A stretch of 64,000 bases of DNA. Source: Eledone cirrhosa. Its lineage: Eukaryota. The first letter of the stretch is position 1, and each line of letters starts with the position of its first letter. The notes under the pieces are model-generated. The model had not been told where the DNA came from. It ran no database searches and was given only the letters and a program-made list of their open reading frames with translations. The position numbers were made by a program, and so were the translations under genes. Positions 57,560-64,000 of this stretch are shown here, one piece after another. The stretch spans positions 256,866,001 to 256,930,000 of the forward strand of contig OZ024742.1 in the NCBI GenBank assembly GCA_964016885.1, read 5' to 3'.

Positions 57560-59460
57560 TTCCATTAACATTACAAGGAGTCTGACGAGTCACGGATTAC
57601 AGAGTAGGGTCACATAAATATAGATCGAACATTGAGCAGATCAGTGGCAAAATGCGTGTCACCAACCAATAAACGTAACGAAGGAGTAACCAATCGTCCC
57701 TGATATCTTATTTCACCATAATACACTCTGCCCAGCTCTACATCTCGACTCTGAAGTGAACCTAAACATCGAGTGATCACCTACTCTTTACTAAGATATA
57801 TCTCTATGAAAAGTCCACTCTGATATAAAATCTGCTACTTCGTTGTAGAACATTTCTTCATTTACGGCCAAGACATTCTATGTTCCGAGAGTGGGATTGG
57901 TCCTGTGCAAATCCTTTCCTCACTTAAAAAAAGATTCAAGTCCAGACATCTCTTGATATGTAACATTTTTTGCGATGCTTGGTATTGCTATCCATAAGCA
58001 AATATTTAGCAGGACTAAACAGCCAAGTCCGCGATGCCCATCCTTAAATATCAAGCGACAGTATTACTCGAAATCGAATTGTATATATATGTATGAATAT
58101 ATGTATGAATTTATGTATGAATGAATGCATACATGCATGTATATATGTATGAATGAATGTATTTATGTACGTGTTTATGTATATATGTTTGTATGTTTGC
58201 ATATTTCTATAGAAAACCAACCTTGTTACATATAGTGCGTTGCTGAATCTCTATGTTTATGGGTTCACATACATGTGACATGCTGCCCAGTGACTTACAC
58301 TTCTTGAACAGGTTCTTCCGTTTATCCAACAGCTGGAACATACATCGTCAAAACCAACGGCGCACCATTTCCATTCACTATATATGATGTTTTCTCTTTA
58401 AATATACAGATTTAACTTTAAACTTTAAATGTGTTTATTGGAAATTTGTCCATTCATCGATCAATATTTCGCATCATAAATGACCTTGTTACAACTTTAT
58501 TCTTCCATGTTGCTTGAAACGTTTAACTAAGCTTTTCTCCATATTTGGCACAATGATGAATTAGGCAATAACTGTATACTTGATAGACATTCATACAATT
58601 ACTTACACACCAATAGGTTTCGAAAAAATGTCATATATTATATATAAAACATATCATACGTGATTAATCAAGAAGTGACATGTGCTATGTATAAAGTCTT
58701 GTTAATACTGTTGTTTATTATTATTATTCATAGCAAAGTTGTTATTGCTCTCTCAGTTATTATTATCGGTACCGTTATTGCAGGTATTACTACACATGAT
58801 AACACCCAGGCACTTATCGGGCAAATATTATAAAACCGACGAAGATATTTTCCATTTTATTTCGTTTCATCATGTTTTAATTTGCTTATATATTTTATTA
58901 TGAATATGTAGAAATAATCAGGCAGTGTACAGCCTATGAGATTATGAATGGTATAATACGTTCAGGTGTATCACTTACAAGGAAACGATGACCTACGAAA
59001 GTATTCTCTTGTCAGTCGGTCAAAATGTGGACAACTATAAAACATGCTACCCTTTGTAATGGGAAAAAATCTCAAGGTCCGGCGGTCCCATGACAAATAA
59101 ATGGTGGTTAGACCTTCTGGCAATAAGTAATTCAGGAGAAAAGAAGGCAAAAAATTGGTGGATAAAATAAGGAAAGGAGACGGGAAAGATTTCACGACAA
59201 CACAAGATCTGACTTGCACCTAAGATTAATGAACTGAGATGGGACATTCCTCCAATCAACAATAGCCTCATGACTAAAAGAATACTAAGTGAAGTGAATA
59301 AACTACTCTCGATTTAGCCTTTCAGAAATGCTACTCTTTCTTACTACAATTCCACTACGTATATTTGAAAGAAACAACACTGTGATGATCCAGAATGTTA
59401 TATATTGGTTTATCACACAATTAAAAATGTTCCTCAACATTGGAGGATAGCATAACTTTG
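57560..59460 (+). mobile_element. Possible very old CR1/Jockey-like LINE remnant
   Basis: Only faint motifs (VP.G..IGP-like near 57880, LMN.DGTFLQ near 59225). No continuous frame. Confidence 0.25.
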
Positions 59461-59543
59461 AAGAGATGTTATTCATCTGTATAGAAGAGGCAGTTATATA
59501 TATGAGTGCGTGTATGTGTATGTGTATCTTGTGTTTGATATAT

Positions 59544-60830
<1,287 letters not shown>

Positions 60831-60859
60831 ATATATATATATATAATTGGTGTTAGATG

Positions 60860-61133
60860 CTTAAAGCGTCCGTATGCGGTAGGCCGTATGAGCACTCGAT
60901 GCCCTCGTGGAGCAGAGTATGTTGTCCCAGAAAAAAGAGAATCAGTGTTGCGACGAAAGGAATTTATTGGACATAGGAAAATCTGCTTCGTAGAATCGAG
61001 ACGTATCCGACGACCGAGAGATTTCAGAGTCAGGTATGATCAACATATCGATCGTGCCTCGAGCTGGTCGCCTGAGAAACATTTGTAATATGTCCAATAA
61101 ATTCCTTTCGTCGCAACAATGATTCTCTTTTTT
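60860..61133. mobile_element. Short fold-back relative of the 57146-57541 element
   Basis: Inverted 45-bp ends at 60931-60975 and 61089-61133. Same GAGCAC...GAGCAGAGTAT tail. GACGTAT-CCGACGA...GAA-ACATTTGT-A-ATATGTC. Confidence 0.75.
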
Positions 61134-61159
61134 ATGTGATATATATATATATATATAGT

Positions 61160-61615
61160 AGTTTGCCAACAGATGGCAACCTGAAAGGAAATGTTATTTT
61201 TCTCTAAATATTTTTTCCTGTTTCCGCCCCGCCTGTCTCCCTCCCCAATCTTTCTATTTCTTCTTTAACTTCTCATTCTGGTGAAGGAATAGTGTCCGAA
61301 ATATTGAGACTCTTTTCCTATTGTATCAAGCATAAAACTAATTATATATATTTTCATAGGAATCTGTCGTTTGCTTTGTATTTCTGTAAAAGCTAAACAG
61401 AAATAACAACACAATCGTTAAAGCATATGGAAGGATTATATTAGTTTAACGCTTGAAATAGCAGCAAGAGTGTCTTAACGTTTTGAACGATAGTCCTTCT
61501 TCAGAAGAAAGAATGAGATATCAAAATGATTGAAGAGACGGGGTGGATGGAATCGGAAAACAATGTTTTTAGAGAAAGATAACAGGTGTATTCATGTTGC
61601 CACCTATTGGAAAAC
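61160..61615. repeat. Two diverged hammerhead-bearing repeats arranged tail-to-tail
   Basis: Plus copy: CCAACAGATGGCAAC...CTGGTGA-AGGA..TCC-GAAATAT...CAAGCATAAAACTAAT. Minus copy: CCAATAGGTGGCAAC...CTGAAGA-AGGAC..GTTC-AAAACGT...CAAGCGTTAAACTAAT. Confidence 0.6.
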
Positions 61616-62679
61616 GGTTGATGCTTGCGTTGTATCTTTCCAATTCCAATGAGGTACCCAATGCGGAGCGTACGAACTATAATGATAAAAATTCGAAGGT
61701 TAGATATTCACAAATAACTTTATCCTGCAATCCATTGTGATACATATTTATGTGTTGTTAATAACTACATGATGCAGTTACAAACACGACTACTTCAGAT
61801 AGCACAGCACATATTTTTTTAATATTATATAGGCTATTGATACCGAGTCGGGCTAGCATCAGATATTTACAACTCTCAATACTTGAAACGAGGTAGTAAT
61901 TTCATTATCCCTAACCATCGGTGAGATTTGAATTTTTAGGCGAAATTTGAACTCATATGAATAGCTGAACAATTATTTGTACAAAAGTATGTATGATGAA
62001 GTTGGTTTAATATTTTCCCAGTAACAATCCTTAAAATTATGAAAATATGTGCTTCTTAGAAAGCTATATTAAATTCATTAAGATAGACTCATTTATATGC
62101 CGGCGATCATGTTATACGCAATGGATCCAGGTAGTATTATATTTCGGTTATATTTAAAAACACATTAACCATAAATGCGCAAATTCATTTATGTATGCAA
62201 TCTCAAATCCTAACCTAACCACATTAATGTGTTTACGATATAAATGCATCATACATTCCATCATTGCACTAAATTGAAAGATGAGGCAGCTAACATAGAA
62301 CCACTTTTCTCCCCCTTAAATTATTAGATATTAACTTCAATATTTCTAGTCTATAATTGACCATAAACTCCTGTTACTGATCAAAGAAGGGGAGACGCTT
62401 AGAAATGTTGTATGTCGATATATTAGCCTTCAAGTCCTAGATTATTTATGTGCACCCAGTTATTAATGTTTGAAGTTCGTTATCAGCTCTCACATACAAA
62501 CAAATAAAGTGTCAGCCATTTCTTCACTTTATAGACTAGCTAATATGCAAAGACACTCAGACGAAAAAGGAAAAGTTATTGAGAATTAAAATATAACCAC
62601 AAACATCTTCTGCTTCTGTTGACTTTTAAGAGGGAGTATGTTTACTTATTGCGTTACAGAAGTACCACCATTTTCTATC

Positions 62680-62741
<62 letters not shown>

Positions 62742-63207
62742 GGGGGGGGGCGAGGAAGAGAAACAGAGGGAAACGGATAGGTAGAGGGAGAGATAGAGGG
62801 TGAGGAATGTAAGAGATGACGCATATCGAATCAAATTGAATGTTCCTAACCTTGTTATTATTAATAGTATTACTTTTATTATTAAACAGACATATACACA
62901 ACACAGGGAAAGGTAAGGTGACTGTGAATTATTTCAAGCTAGATTCTCTCCCTCCTAAAAACATCACTACGCCATTAACCCCGATTGACGCAAATATCGC
63001 TACAAACGCAGCAAGATAATCAATGAACACTACGTAATGGGCATTACAGTCGTTATAAGATGTGAGAAGTTTATCGCCATGTTATGAATGTTATCACCGC
63101 TATATCTCATTACTTGTTTTCACATGAGAGAAGAAAGATGAATAGAAGGAAAAGCGATATTGTATATGTATGTGCGTATGTATATATGTATACGTATGTA
63201 TATATGT

Positions 63208-63300
<93 letters not shown>

Positions 63301-63374
63301 GAGATGAGAGAGAGAAATAGATATATATACGCAATCATAGACTTACACAGACTTATAAAGATATATGTGTTTAC

Positions 63375-63410
<36 letters not shown>

Positions 63411-64000
63411 GTGTGTGTCTGTGTCTGTGTTTACGTGTATGTACAAATATATATATACGATGGGCTCTATCATTGTATTCGAGGCATGAGGGCTAACACA
63501 TTTTACTTACGCTCTACTCCAAACTTCTGTGCTTGTGTCGTCTGTGATAAACTAAATCTGATTCGTGTTCGTGTTTGCAAACTAGACCGGAACATGCACA
63601 CATGCATTTGCCGTTGTCCTAGTTCAGCAATATGCTCAATCCTGTTTTGACATAGTTCTTGTCTATTACGGTCAGATGCACGTTCTTCAGATTATCATAC
63701 TTGTATTCTACTATGCGTGATAGTATTATTTTGCATATCATTGTATCTAAGCAGCTATCTTCCTACGTCCCGTACTCCATCCCAGAGTTGGCTATAAATG
63801 AGAATTGTTGGTAGTTTCTTGTCTTCATCTTAGCAGGAATACCAGGTTGTTTTAATTAATAATGTATCAAGAATGCCTCTATTCTTGTGTATCACATTTA
63901 TGAAACAACTGTGAATTATTCATTCCATGTTAAACCACAGATATTACTAGGACATCTCTTGTGGGAATGTCTTGCTGTGTGATATGACAATGATCCAGAT

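Noticed and set aside
57578-57640. CTGACGA-GTC as a hammerhead core
   Set aside because: No matching stem II closure followed by GAAA.

Overview
AT-rich animal genomic DNA packed with (TA)n, (CA)n and (GA)n microsatellites. The SINE types and repeat landscape suggest a cephalopod or other mollusc (inference only). No host gene could be supported, and most short ORFs in the track are microsatellite artefacts. The window is dominated by Penelope-like retroelements (PLEs; RT plus C-terminal GIY-YIG): five Naiad-type copies, one Neptune-type copy and one Penelope/Poseidon-type copy. It also holds a 5'-truncated Tx1/L1-type LINE with an 18-bp TSD, RTE fragments, tRNA-derived SINEs, a probable solo LTR and a near-perfect 608-bp tandem array. 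The most striking pattern is that about ten PLE-derived insertions, 0.2 to 6.6 kb long, share one architecture. Each is a head-to-head fold-back with 3' ends pointing outward into (TA)n, a hammerhead-ribozyme-like motif near each outer end, and usually an extra tail on one arm only. The largest is a 6.6-kb palindrome with one uninterrupted and one inactivated RT-EN reading frame. One family carries an atypical hammerhead with a long branched stem II and an 8-nt palindromic stem III. All alignments and folds were done by eye, so boundaries are approximate unless a TSD is given.
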